A stretch of 64,000 nucleotides of DNA from Polyangiaceae bacterium (lineage in GTDB: Bacteria; Myxococcota_A; Polyangia; Polyangiales; Polyangiaceae): the NCBI GenBank assembly GCA_044376115.1, contig JBILLK010000025.1, forward strand, positions 32,001 through 96,000. The letters are read 5' to 3'. Position 1 is the first letter of the stretch; each line of letters begins with the position of its first letter. Of the stretch, positions 19,701 through 28,420 are shown one piece after another. Under the pieces are notes generated by a model that was not told the origin of the DNA, did no database searches, and was given only the letters and a program-made list of their open reading frames with translations. A program made the translations under genes and the position numbers.

Positions 19701-21434
19701 AACGCGGAGGGCGAGGTGCACTTGGTGCGCTTGCGTGAGTCGGGTGAAGTCGCGCTTGCGGCCATCGTCCCGTTCCGCTGTCGCGGGGAGATGTCGGTCG
19801 CGACGCGCGCGCCTGTGTTCGTGTGCAACTCCGGGGGCGACGCTACCGCGTGGAATCTGCGCACCGGTGAGATCGCGCGCGTCCAGCAACCCACCGGCAT
19901 CTTCGAACTCTCGCCCAACGGGGATCGCTTGGTCACCTGGGCTGGCTCCAAGTTGTTCGTTCATTCGTTGTGGGACAAGTCGCCCGTGCTCGAGCTGGCG
20001 GTCGAGGGAGAGGTGGCAGCCGCTTCGATTAGCCCTCGCGATCCGGTGATCGCCGTGCTCACCCCGAAGGCGCTCACGGTGCATCGGCTGGACGCTTTTG
20101 CTGAGCCGATCTTCAGCGGTCCGGGCGTAGCCGATTCCCACAGGCTCGCCTGGGACAAGCGTGGGCTCGACGTTGCGGCCTGCGGTGTCGACGACGGTGC
20201 CGTCTTCTATTTTCTGATGCAGGGTCCGCGGCCACAGAGTTTGGCCAGCCCCTCGGTTCGTTGTGACGGAATGTCGAGCATGGCCCCTGATTTCAAGGCT
20301 TCTCGATTCGATCTCGGGGAGTTCGCCTATCGCAATTTTGGGGAACACTTCTCCAAGGGCGGTTGGGCCTTGCCCGGAGATCGCTACCTCTCCACCACGC
20401 TCCTCTTGGCGGGTGGCATCGAGGACGGCCTGCGCCGCGTGCTCGAACTGGCTGTTCGGGACGCCCAAGATGAATTGCTGCCTGTGAGCGCCGACTCGGG
20501 CTTTACCAAGGTAGTTCGTTCAGGCAACACCGCTGTGATTCAAATGGCCCGCACGAACGAGCAGACGCTCGCTCATGAGGCCCCAGAGATCGTCGTCACG
20601 GCTGCCGCAACCGGCGTGCGTCTGCAGAGCGCGCGCGGCTTTCTGCTCGACAGTTGTCCCGATGAGAAGGTGCTCTCGTTCCGGCTCGACGACGCCGACC
20701 GCTTGACCGTCGTGGAGCTTCGTTCGGCGCACGAGCTGGGCCGTTTCCCGCACGCTCCGGGCTTCGTACTTGGGCTCTCACCGAGCTGCACCAAGCTCTA
20801 TACGCAAGATCTCGATGGCACGATCTTCAGCATCGACCTCGCTACGCCGGGTGAGCGCAAGTTCGTCGCGAGCGCGCATGGTCACGTCTTCGAGGTAAAG
20901 CGCAGCGCGCCGTTTGGGGCGTCGGGCCCAGGTCTACTCATGGGCCTCTCCAGCGGGGAGGTCGTTCGCATCGATGAGACCGACGACGCGGTGCGCCTTT
21001 TGGCTCGGGCCAACCCCCGCATCACCGCCCTCTCCGACGGCGTAGTTCCTGGTCAGACGGTCTACGCCGACCACACGGGCGTCTACCGCATCGACCAAAG
21101 CGGAACCGAGCGCTTGGCTGCTCCCCGCATCGGCTCGGCTTGGGAAGACATCATCGCCTCGCCCGGCGCTCGTGCGTTGGTGTTGGCCTCGCGCAATGAA
21201 GTTGCCGTGGTCGATGAGAAGGTGGGCGCCATCACCGGGAGCGTCAAACTCGAGGGCTTCACCCGCGGCACACTTTGGGACCCGGCAGGGGCGGTGCTCT
21301 TGTACCCCAGCGGCAGCCAGGGCGTAGCGCGCGCGCAGCTCTTGCCGTTTGGTGCGAAGTTACCGGAGGTGATCGGCTCGCTCGCGTCCAACCTGCGCGT
21401 CGACTCGAAGGGAGCCCTGGCGCTCAAACGTTGA
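16794..21434 (+). CDS. Ser/Thr kinase - nSTAND1-like NTPase - TM - WD40-like beta-propeller protein
   Basis: GRGGFG, VALK, HLDLKPAN, DFG, APE; PYPGL..F, Walker A GPFGAGKTS, Walker B FIDDLEE, LAHPAL; hydrophobic helix; propeller repeats. Start approximate. Confidence 0.85.
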   Translation: MELSPPNVSTDTSPAVSLRALEPGTVLDSRYRLVERIGRGGFGDVWRAVELLPDGAPLRDVALKLLSPEMDSSNWAEEAKLLASFSHPSLVTIYATGILEKPAVPFVAMELLLGETLAELVRRRTKFPWRLALRYVAAVARALDVIHQRGVIHLDLKPANIFVTSDGRVKVLDFGISRTRSNANAPKVAAKLNDTVTLKEGALPSETFDSMATAAFLAGTQEAYAATQMAAAGEVADGTRVVVGTPGYVAPEVLLAGVPTMRADAYALGVTLAVLATGKLPHDVPEEPADEGSAEDYRTYWMSLRESTLRGSLRSFDGLGLPRGVVALIVRLCAVDPERRGVSEGGLGSLLDEVWEQPHGVPELPYPGLMPFGEAHEGFLFGRDPDLARTLRHLTYESLVVISGPFGAGKTSFVRAALLPALAKGGVDGAFDVELISLSAASGPDRTLFGGTTVEQLLEPEEGRARVVFIDDLEELAAFPPDERRLTVALIERLLAGERRQGFRLVLALEQESLATLAGLSPGLNGLSASIRYLAPPSEAQAKELAIEPALRAGWRVESEREIVSLIAQELAKVPVPLPMVALILAESTSEPEAFVPTRPARASLDSSGTTVVLAEERRTLDGRLMHKAGVAATVHRAAERAWKGLADDSHAMDLLVLLTTSEGEPIRVNVSTLCDRLGMESVDELCDRLRRRRLIVQRGLEVELAHPALARWSRLESARLSSLDQIALRERISEAALAWEKASMNSAYLARAGLLSEVDRQGVVLKALSGLEVEFLSVSRRARRQRRLVQLGAVFAALLVALVGLLYRGELLKRRRDAETKQKEAQQEALRVGLVARARQASDPYERIAYLVASLKEGAAEPALFVELLGAASDLPPGRFLSLEPLDSLQMPWNDRWVMGRSPAGGLVVFDLRSPIAEPESLDNVDPTMDPARASVVHRPPKRFEIAIGNAPIVDTTPFLFDTSLFAQNAEGEVHLVRLRESGEVALAAIVPFRCRGEMSVATRAPVFVCNSGGDATAWNLRTGEIARVQQPTGIFELSPNGDRLVTWAGSKLFVHSLWDKSPVLELAVEGEVAAASISPRDPVIAVLTPKALTVHRLDAFAEPIFSGPGVADSHRLAWDKRGLDVAACGVDDGAVFYFLMQGPRPQSLASPSVRCDGMSSMAPDFKASRFDLGEFAYRNFGEHFSKGGWALPGDRYLSTTLLLAGGIEDGLRRVLELAVRDAQDELLPVSADSGFTKVVRSGNTAVIQMARTNEQTLAHEAPEIVVTAAATGVRLQSARGFLLDSCPDEKVLSFRLDDADRLTVVELRSAHELGRFPHAPGFVLGLSPSCTKLYTQDLDGTIFSIDLATPGERKFVASAHGHVFEVKRSAPFGASGPGLLMGLSSGEVVRIDETDDAVRLLARANPRITALSDGVVPGQTVYADHTGVYRIDQSGTERLAAPRIGSAWEDIIASPGARALVLASRNEVAVVDEKVGAITGSVKLEGFTRGTLWDPAGAVLLYPSGSQGVARAQLLPFGAKLPEVIGSLASNLRVDSKGALALKR

Positions 21435-21492
21435 GCGCCGGAGGGCTAGCCGATCGCGCGGGGCTTCGCGATCGCGCGGGCTTTTCGAGCAA

Positions 21493-22506
21493 CTACTTCT
21501 TGTTACGGAGGTATTCGAAGTTGCGCGCCAAAGCGTCTTCGGTGGAGACGATGGGCTTGAAGCCGATGGAGCGGAGCTTCGCGTTCGAAAAGCCGTTGCC
21601 TTTCCACATCGCCCGCGTCTTGTAGGGCGTAAAAATGGCCGGCAACTGTCCCTTGGAGTAGCGGTGGTACCAGGCGACCGCGTGAGAAAGAGCCATCGCT
21701 GCGGGGTAGGGGAGCGTCACCTTGCGCACCTTCTTTACCTCCGCCTGATAACGACGCAGGTACTCACGCGCGGTGATCAGATCGTCGTCATGGACGTTGT
21801 ACACGTCGCCGTCGAACTTCGCGTTGAGCGCGGCCACACAGATCGCCTCTGCGCAGTTGTCGACGTAGCTGAGCGGCAACAAGTTGTCTCCGCCGAGGAA
21901 GAGGAATGCGCCGGGCAGAGCGAGCCCAACGCGCGAGCTGAAGGCGCCGCCGCCAGGCCCGTAGATCACGCCGGGGCGCAGCACGGTCAGCGGAACACCG
22001 CGGCGACGGTGATAGTCGAAGGCGACCTCCTCTTGGCGCAGCTTGGAGTGCGAGTAGTGATCTCGGCGCTCCGGGAACTGCTCGGTGGGCGTCTCCTCAC
22101 TCACCACGTGACCCTTGGGCAAATCAGCAACGCCGTACACACCGAACGAGCTGATCAGCACGATCTTCGGCGGGCTCGCGAGGCTGCCAGCGGCTTCGAA
22201 CAGGTTCTTCGTCGTGACTACGGTGCCGAGGAACATCTCGGCCGAAGGCCCCGACAAGGCCGCAGCCAGGTGCAACACGATTCCTACGCCGTCGAGTAGG
22301 GCGGCTGCCTCCTTGGGCGAACTCAAGCCGCCGGTGACCAACTTTGCGTCGCTCTGTGGGTAGCGGGCAAGCACTGCGTCGAGCCGGCGCTTGTCACTAC
22401 CGGCGCGGACCAGGAAGCGCACGCCCTTCGTTCCACGGGCGAGCAGCCGCTCTGCCGTCGCAACACCGAGAAAGCCGTTCGAGCCGGTGACCAGCATATC
22501 GCTCAT
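21493..22506 (-). CDS. NAD-dependent epimerase/dehydratase (extended SDR)
   Basis: TGSNGFLG, HLAA, YSHSK, LRPGVIYGP. Confidence 0.9.
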   Translation of the reverse strand: MSDMLVTGSNGFLGVATAERLLARGTKGVRFLVRAGSDKRRLDAVLARYPQSDAKLVTGGLSSPKEAAALLDGVGIVLHLAAALSGPSAEMFLGTVVTTKNLFEAAGSLASPPKIVLISSFGVYGVADLPKGHVVSEETPTEQFPERRDHYSHSKLRQEEVAFDYHRRRGVPLTVLRPGVIYGPGGGAFSSRVGLALPGAFLFLGGDNLLPLSYVDNCAEAICVAALNAKFDGDVYNVHDDDLITAREYLRRYQAEVKKVRKVTLPYPAAMALSHAVAWYHRYSKGQLPAIFTPYKTRAMWKGNGFSNAKLRSIGFKPIVSTEDALARNFEYLRNKK

Positions 22507-23612
22507 GACTTCACCTCCGTCGTCGAGGCGCTCGCTCGCGAGGAATCACGCACCTGGGCGAAAATTTCGTCGAGCATCCAGGCGACCCGGAGGATGTCGC
22601 GAGAGCTGATCGGCGGCGGCGTATTGTTCTCGATGCTGGCGTAGAAAAGCCTGAACAGCTCGCCCAAGCCGGCAAAGAAGTGGAAGCCCGATCGCGAGAA
22701 GCGCGCCATGTTGCGGGCCCCTTCACGGGCATATTGCGCAGCTTGCTCAAAGGCCGGAACCAAGCGGCCGATGGCGCTCGGTAGCGTGGGCGCTAGATCG
22801 AGCGTGCAGGTCCGATTGTTGAAGTCGAGGTGGGCCGTGTTCTTCGTCCCGTATACGCGAAGGAAGTGACCGACCGGGCGCGCATAGCCGCTGAAGGTGA
22901 TGTACGCGGTCACTTTCTCCCCGCGAATGATCACGCGCGCTTCATCCACTAGCTCATCGCGAACGTCGCCGAAGCGCACGTCTCTCCGGCTCGAACCGAA
23001 GGCCGTCACCTGCGGACGCTCATCGGGTAGGAACTCGATGATCTTCGCCAGCGCGTGATCGAGCGTGTTTTGCAGCAGCTTGCCTGGCATGGCGTGCACC
23101 CAGTGATTCGGGTCGCTCAGCAGCGCTTTACCGAAGGCCCCCTCCATGTTGTAGCCGTAGAAGGACTCGACATGCACCACGTCCCCGAGTTGGCCGTCGG
23201 CGCGTAGCTGGCGCAGCTCTTGGGCAGGCGGCTCATAGTGGTAGCTGTAGCCGATGCTCACCTTTCGCCCGGTCTTCTCGGCGTGATCGATCAGGGCCTT
23301 CGAGTCGGCGTAGTTGAGCGTCAGCGGCTTCTCCACGAACACGTGTGCGCCAGCGTCCATCGCTTGACAGGCGAGCGCGCGGTGCACGTGGGGTGGCGTC
23401 GCGATATGAACGACGTCCGGCTTGGTCTGCGCGAGCATGCTCGCGTAGTCGTCGTAAACCCCTTGGATGCCGTAGCGCACGGCAAGCTGCCGCGCCATCA
23501 CGAGTTCACGATCGCATACCGCGACCACCTCGGTGTTGGGCGCGAGCTTTTGAATCTCTTCGACGTGACCGTCGGCTATCTTCCCACAGCCTACGATGGC
23601 AGCTCGCAACAT
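22503..23612 (-). CDS. Gfo/Idh/MocA oxidoreductase
   Basis: IVGCGKIA, ATPP..H, HVFVEKP; ATGA overlap with the epimerase. Confidence 0.9.
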   Translation of the reverse strand: MLRAAIVGCGKIADGHVEEIQKLAPNTEVVAVCDRELVMARQLAVRYGIQGVYDDYASMLAQTKPDVVHIATPPHVHRALACQAMDAGAHVFVEKPLTLNYADSKALIDHAEKTGRKVSIGYSYHYEPPAQELRQLRADGQLGDVVHVESFYGYNMEGAFGKALLSDPNHWVHAMPGKLLQNTLDHALAKIIEFLPDERPQVTAFGSSRRDVRFGDVRDELVDEARVIIRGEKVTAYITFSGYARPVGHFLRVYGTKNTAHLDFNNRTCTLDLAPTLPSAIGRLVPAFEQAAQYAREGARNMARFSRSGFHFFAGLGELFRLFYASIENNTPPPISSRDILRVAWMLDEIFAQVRDSSRASASTTEVKS

Positions 23613-23707
23613 GAAGGGCGCTCTCCTGGAAAGTGCGCATAGTTACGGAGACTGACCCTCTCTTGCAAGCGAGTTCCTGTCAACGCGAGGACGCGAAAGG
23701 ATGCACG

Positions 23708-25330
23708 ATGTTTTTCTCCGAGAAGCTTCTCCGTTTTGTTCGATCGGCCGCTCGCGCGAGCGTTGTGCTCGGGGCGACGACGGCTGGTTGTTCGGGCGGT
23801 CAGGGGTCGGCGGTCGACGGCTCGCTTGATGATCGCCCGGATGCGGGGAGCTCGCCGCAAACCTCGGCACAAGCGGTGGCCTTTGAGCCTGAGAACAACG
23901 AGTGCGTGCACCGCGGTAGCGGGACCGACTACGTCGTAGGTCCAGGCAAGGCTTACGCCAGTCTGGGCGCGGTTCCCTTCGAGAACCTAAAGGCCGGAGA
24001 CACGGTGCGCGTCTATCACCGCACTGAGCCCTATCGAGAAAAGCTGATGATCTCGGGCCAGGGAACTGCGGAAGCACCTATTCGAATCTGTGGCGTGCCG
24101 GGCGCAAACGGCGCCTTGCCGGTGATTGACGGAGAAAACGCGACCACCCGCAAGGAACTCGACTTCCCGTTTGATGGCCACCAGGTTCGAGGGCTCGTGA
24201 TCATCGGGCACGCGCACGATCAGCCGTATGAGCTGACCCCCAGCTACATCACGCTCGAAGGTCTGGAGATCCGCAATGCGTCACCGCCCAATACCTTCAC
24301 CGACAAGGCGGGCAAACAGCAGGCTTACTCGGCGATCGTGGCGGGCATCTTCATCGAGCGGGCGAAGCACCTGACGATTCGCGGTTGCATCGTCACTGCC
24401 AACAACAACGGTATCTTTGGTGGCACGGGCGGCGGCGTCGAGCTCTCCGAGGACCTTCTGATCGAAGGAAACTATATCTACGGTAACGGCAGCCTCGATC
24501 GGCACTTCGAGCACAACGTGTATATCGAAGCCTCCAATGTCGTTTACCAGTTCAACCGCTTCGGCCCACCCCGGATTGGTAAGAACGGCAATCAGGGGGC
24601 GAACATCAAAGAGCGCTCCGCCGGCGTGGTGATCCGTAACAACTATATCGAGGATGGCGCCCATATCCTGGACATCGTCGACGCCCAAGAAGCCAAGGCG
24701 ACAACCGTCGCGATGCCGAGCTTTCACTCGACCCACGTCTACGGGAACGTGATTGTGCGTGGTGCGGAGCCGTCGGGAACGCTCATTCACTATGGCGGCG
24801 ATAGCGAGGTTTTTGCCGACTATCGCAAAGGCACCCTCTACTTTTACAACAATACCGTCGTGGTGAAGAACGTCGGGTACAAGGACTACACCCGTACCGG
24901 CATCTTCGAGTTATCCACCAACGAGGAGACGGTCGTCTCGCGCAACAACGTCTATTTCACCGCCGAAGCACCGGTGGAGGTTCGGCCAGTGGGCCTGCTC
25001 GGTCAGCGCGATACCGTCTTTAACGGCGTTGGCAACTTCGCTGGCGATTGGATGTCGAAGGGGATCACCGCGCACAACATCAATCCCGGCGGCAGCGACA
25101 AGATCAACGCCAAGGTGATCGGGCTCGAGTCGGTCATGCGCGGGGAGCAGCCGGGCTTCCGTAACTTCGCCGCCGACGACTATGCGCTCGTCGGGGCAGA
25201 GCTCACGGGGGCCACCCAGCTACCCAAGGAGATTCCGCGCGCACTTCTCCCGCAAGCGAGCTACGTCAAACACCAACGAGGCAAAGCGGATCCTGAGGCG
25301 GGAAAGCGGGTCGGAGCCACGGTGCAGTGA
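23708..25330 (+). CDS. Right-handed parallel beta-helix lipoprotein (pectin-lyase-like, glycan-active)
   Basis: Possible lipobox TAGC; Asn-ladder repeats (IEGNYIYGNG, IRNNYIED, YNNTVV). Confidence 0.75.
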   Translation: MFFSEKLLRFVRSAARASVVLGATTAGCSGGQGSAVDGSLDDRPDAGSSPQTSAQAVAFEPENNECVHRGSGTDYVVGPGKAYASLGAVPFENLKAGDTVRVYHRTEPYREKLMISGQGTAEAPIRICGVPGANGALPVIDGENATTRKELDFPFDGHQVRGLVIIGHAHDQPYELTPSYITLEGLEIRNASPPNTFTDKAGKQQAYSAIVAGIFIERAKHLTIRGCIVTANNNGIFGGTGGGVELSEDLLIEGNYIYGNGSLDRHFEHNVYIEASNVVYQFNRFGPPRIGKNGNQGANIKERSAGVVIRNNYIEDGAHILDIVDAQEAKATTVAMPSFHSTHVYGNVIVRGAEPSGTLIHYGGDSEVFADYRKGTLYFYNNTVVVKNVGYKDYTRTGIFELSTNEETVVSRNNVYFTAEAPVEVRPVGLLGQRDTVFNGVGNFAGDWMSKGITAHNINPGGSDKINAKVIGLESVMRGEQPGFRNFAADDYALVGAELTGATQLPKEIPRALLPQASYVKHQRGKADPEAGKRVGATVQ

Positions 25331-25333
25331 GCC

Positions 25334-26377
25334 TCAGCGCAACGTGAAGGTGGTGACCAAGCCGAGGTGGTCCGAGCCAACCTCTACGGCTTGTTTTGCT
25401 TCGACCACGCTCCACTCGCTCGAGCTCAGCACGTGATCGATGCGCGAGCGGAAGTAGAGCGGGCCAAACTTGGTCACCTTGGTGTCCCCATTGCCGAAAC
25501 CGCATTCGTCAAATGCGTTGTCCATCTCGCCGAAGTGCTTATTCATCAAAGCGCTCTCCTCGACCAGGTTGAAGTCCCCGCCGATCAGTAACGGCCCCTT
25601 GGCCTGCTTCGCCCATTCTTCGGCTGCAGCAGCCTCGAGTTCCCGTTGCTCCATCGATTCGTGCATCGTCACGATGCCGCCCAAGCGGAACTTCACCAAG
25701 CCAGAGAGCCCCTCGCGGATCGTCTCGAGGTGGATGTTCTGGACCCAGATCTTGCCCATCGGAGCGTCGAGCTCGTAGAGCGCGATGGCGCCGCAACCAC
25801 CTTGCTTCCAGACCTCGCTGCGATCGCGATGCAGCACCTTCAGGACCGGGTAGCGACTGAGCATGCAAAGGTTGTGATCGATCACCAGGTGATAGTCGGG
25901 TTGCCCAACCAACTGACCGGGCCGTACCTCCGACGAATCGATCGAAACGCCGGGCGGTTGGCACTCCTGGAGCAGGAGCACGTCGGGCTTGTGGGCCTCG
26001 ACGAGCTTCGCCATCGCACCGATCTCGTTGCGGTGAGCGAGGTTTTGTACCACCAAGGTGACGGTCCGTTCGGGCGGGCCGCTACGACAGAGGCCGGGGA
26101 ACTCCACGCCGCCGACGATGAAGATCGCGACCAAGAGACCAGCGAGGTTTGCCAGGAAATGCCACTTGTGGCGCATGACGGCGGCGATGGGTAGCACCAG
26201 CACCGTCGGCAGGTAGGCGACGAAGCGGGGTGTGTAGGCGACCACCGTTCCCAGCCAGTGGCGGTCCGCAAACACGCCGAGCAGGATCCAATAGGCGGCA
26301 GTGGCTACCAGCGCTAGGCCGGTCAGCACGGTGAGCCAGCGGGCCTTCTTGGTGATCCGTACTTCGGGCTGTGCCAT
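25334..26377 (-). CDS. Endonuclease/exonuclease/phosphatase (EEP) family membrane protein
   Basis: N-terminal TMs; DVLLLQE, GGDFN, IDHV, GSDH. Confidence 0.85.
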   Translation of the reverse strand: MAQPEVRITKKARWLTVLTGLALVATAAYWILLGVFADRHWLGTVVAYTPRFVAYLPTVLVLPIAAVMRHKWHFLANLAGLLVAIFIVGGVEFPGLCRSGPPERTVTLVVQNLAHRNEIGAMAKLVEAHKPDVLLLQECQPPGVSIDSSEVRPGQLVGQPDYHLVIDHNLCMLSRYPVLKVLHRDRSEVWKQGGCGAIALYELDAPMGKIWVQNIHLETIREGLSGLVKFRLGGIVTMHESMEQRELEAAAAEEWAKQAKGPLLIGGDFNLVEESALMNKHFGEMDNAFDECGFGNGDTKVTKFGPLYFRSRIDHVLSSSEWSVVEAKQAVEVGSDHLGLVTTFTLR

Positions 26378-26410
26378 CGCCCGTCTTGTACGAGGAAACT
26401 GCGGCGGTTC

Positions 26411-28276
26411 CTAGCGTCGGCGCGCTGCTCGCCAGCTCTCGTGCAGCAGCACCACCAGCGCACCCAAGGCGAACAGCGCAAGTGGCAGTACCACCGCGAC
26501 GAACACGGGGGAGAACACGGCCTCGGAGCGAGCCTTTCGCTTCAGCTGTTTGAGCTTTTCAAGGCGCAGGGTAGGGAGGCCTTCAGCTCGGCCGGCGGCC
26601 GGCATCTGGCTTTCGATAATCACGCGCAGGCGTTTGCGTGAAGCGGCGAAAGACTCTGCGCGCAGGTCCATGGCGGTTGCTTCGTGCGCTCCCACCTCGT
26701 CGAGCGTGCGGCTAAGCAGAGCGTTCGCCACGCTGAGGGTGGCGGGGACGTCTTTGCGAGCAGCGAGTTCGAGCAGGCCTGCGTCCTCGAGTCCGCGGCG
26801 CAACGCTTTGAGACGAAGCGATGGAACCACGCCGTCAACGCCCAGGTCGTGGGGGCCCAGGCTGGCGGCGAGCCGACCTGGGTAGAACAAGAGGCCGTCG
26901 TAAAGCGCGACGTCCCCAGCGCTGTTGTGGAACGTCTCTACGTTGCTGAACACGTCGCTCGGGCCTTTCCCTCCGCGATTGCCGTCGTTCCAGAAAATGC
27001 TCTCCCAATAGAACCAGCGGTCGACGTCGTGGATGGAGGCGATCCAACCGTTTGCGGTCAGACTCGTGAGCGGTACATCCAGCCCCAGCGCGCCGGCAAA
27101 AGGTAGTTGCCCATTGTAGATCCACACCTTCTTTCCGAGCGCTCGCGCTTCGGCGGCTGCCACGGGCGAGAAGGCTTGGGCCGGCGACATCACCAGGTCC
27201 ACGGCCTGCGTAGCGGGTGGCTCATGGCAGGTGTGGCCGACCACGAGGGCGAGCTGCTCGCGTTCGAGCAGCGCCTTCCACAATCTTCCGCGAGGGTTGT
27301 CGCATTGTTCGTCGATCGCGTACAGAAAGACGTCTTCCACCGAACGAGGGATCGCTTCGCGTAGCGCGCGGATGTTTGCCACTTGGGCGACGCGTGGCTC
27401 GCCAAGGATGCCGTACATTCCAACCGGAGCGAGCGAGGTGGGTACGCCTGCTCCGGGGCCCGTGTAGCCTTGGCTCTCGCTGAACCACGAGCCGTCGAAG
27501 GACCCTCGCAGCCGCTCGACGTCTGCTGGTTCGGCGATTTGGGTGACGGTGTCGAGCCCGTGGGCGTGCGCGAGCTGAACCAGCCTCTTCTCGACCGGCT
27601 CGAACGGGGTGAAGCCATGCCGCAAGGTGTCCTGCTCGTAGAAGATGTGGGCACGCGCTGCGCGATAGGGCAGCTCAACGGCGGATATCTCGAGCTCGAG
27701 GGTGGAGGTCGCGAGCAGTCCCTGATCGGACTCCACGCGCACGCGAAGCGAGCGTCGGCCCGGGTCGATACCGTACGGGATGAACGCTTCGACGAAGAAC
27801 ACAACCGCACGACCCGGTTCGACCTGCGCCGGGTAGGGGAGCCAACGGGGGGCCTGTTCGACAGGGATGAGCGCGTCGGGCAGCCAGCCCAAGTCCTCCG
27901 GCCCCGGTGGGCGCGCAGGGGCCAAAAAGAACAGCGATTCGTGGCTATCACCTGTGCGTGAGCGCCGTGAAACCCTGACGAAGTGCTCGAGAAAGCGCTG
28001 GAAGTTCAGCCCCGCCTGTTCGCCCTCGATTGTCAGCCTCAGCCCTGAGAGCGGAGCGTCGGTGTCGACGCTTACCTGAAACGCAAGGTGCTCTCCGCGC
28101 AGCACCTGTTGCTCGAGCGAGGCGTTGCAACTGCCTGTAATCAGAGCCCCGGATTGTTCGCGCGCGACGCGGACGCCCTCGTCGAGCAGACACACGCGGG
28201 TTTCAGCGAAGGCGCGGGAAGGTAACAGCAAGGAGACAGCGAAGCCGAGCCACCTCGCGTGAGAGCTGCTCAACAT
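26411..28276 (-). CDS. DUF4091 / GH123-like glycoside hydrolase with C-terminal membrane anchor
   Basis: Signal peptide; YAIDE acidic pair; DGLLFYPG...PSLRLKALRRGLED; C-terminal TM. Confidence 0.7.
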   Translation of the reverse strand: MLSSSHARWLGFAVSLLLPSRAFAETRVCLLDEGVRVAREQSGALITGSCNASLEQQVLRGEHLAFQVSVDTDAPLSGLRLTIEGEQAGLNFQRFLEHFVRVSRRSRTGDSHESLFFLAPARPPGPEDLGWLPDALIPVEQAPRWLPYPAQVEPGRAVVFFVEAFIPYGIDPGRRSLRVRVESDQGLLATSTLELEISAVELPYRAARAHIFYEQDTLRHGFTPFEPVEKRLVQLAHAHGLDTVTQIAEPADVERLRGSFDGSWFSESQGYTGPGAGVPTSLAPVGMYGILGEPRVAQVANIRALREAIPRSVEDVFLYAIDEQCDNPRGRLWKALLEREQLALVVGHTCHEPPATQAVDLVMSPAQAFSPVAAAEARALGKKVWIYNGQLPFAGALGLDVPLTSLTANGWIASIHDVDRWFYWESIFWNDGNRGGKGPSDVFSNVETFHNSAGDVALYDGLLFYPGRLAASLGPHDLGVDGVVPSLRLKALRRGLEDAGLLELAARKDVPATLSVANALLSRTLDEVGAHEATAMDLRAESFAASRKRLRVIIESQMPAAGRAEGLPTLRLEKLKQLKRKARSEAVFSPVFVAVVLPLALFALGALVVLLHESWRAARRR

Positions 28277-28420
28277 GGCTCGCTCCGAAGTTGGCGGTCT
28301 CGTTTAGGGTTCATAGCCAGGGCCCGGGTCATTCCCTTCTTGTCCGGCGCAGTGTATGAAACCGGGGATAACCCGTCGGCTCTCGCGAGCATCGCCTTCG
28401 CAACGTTCGGACTATACGCC

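Noticed and set aside
18741..20468. Long antisense ORFs (also 37041-38309, 53829-55097, 61014-62228, 28706-29743)
   Set aside because: Shadow ORFs opposite well-supported genes, expected at high GC, with no motifs.
21448..21486. Palindrome/direct repeat between convergent genes
   Set aside because: An 8-bp stem that may be a terminator, but too weak to call.
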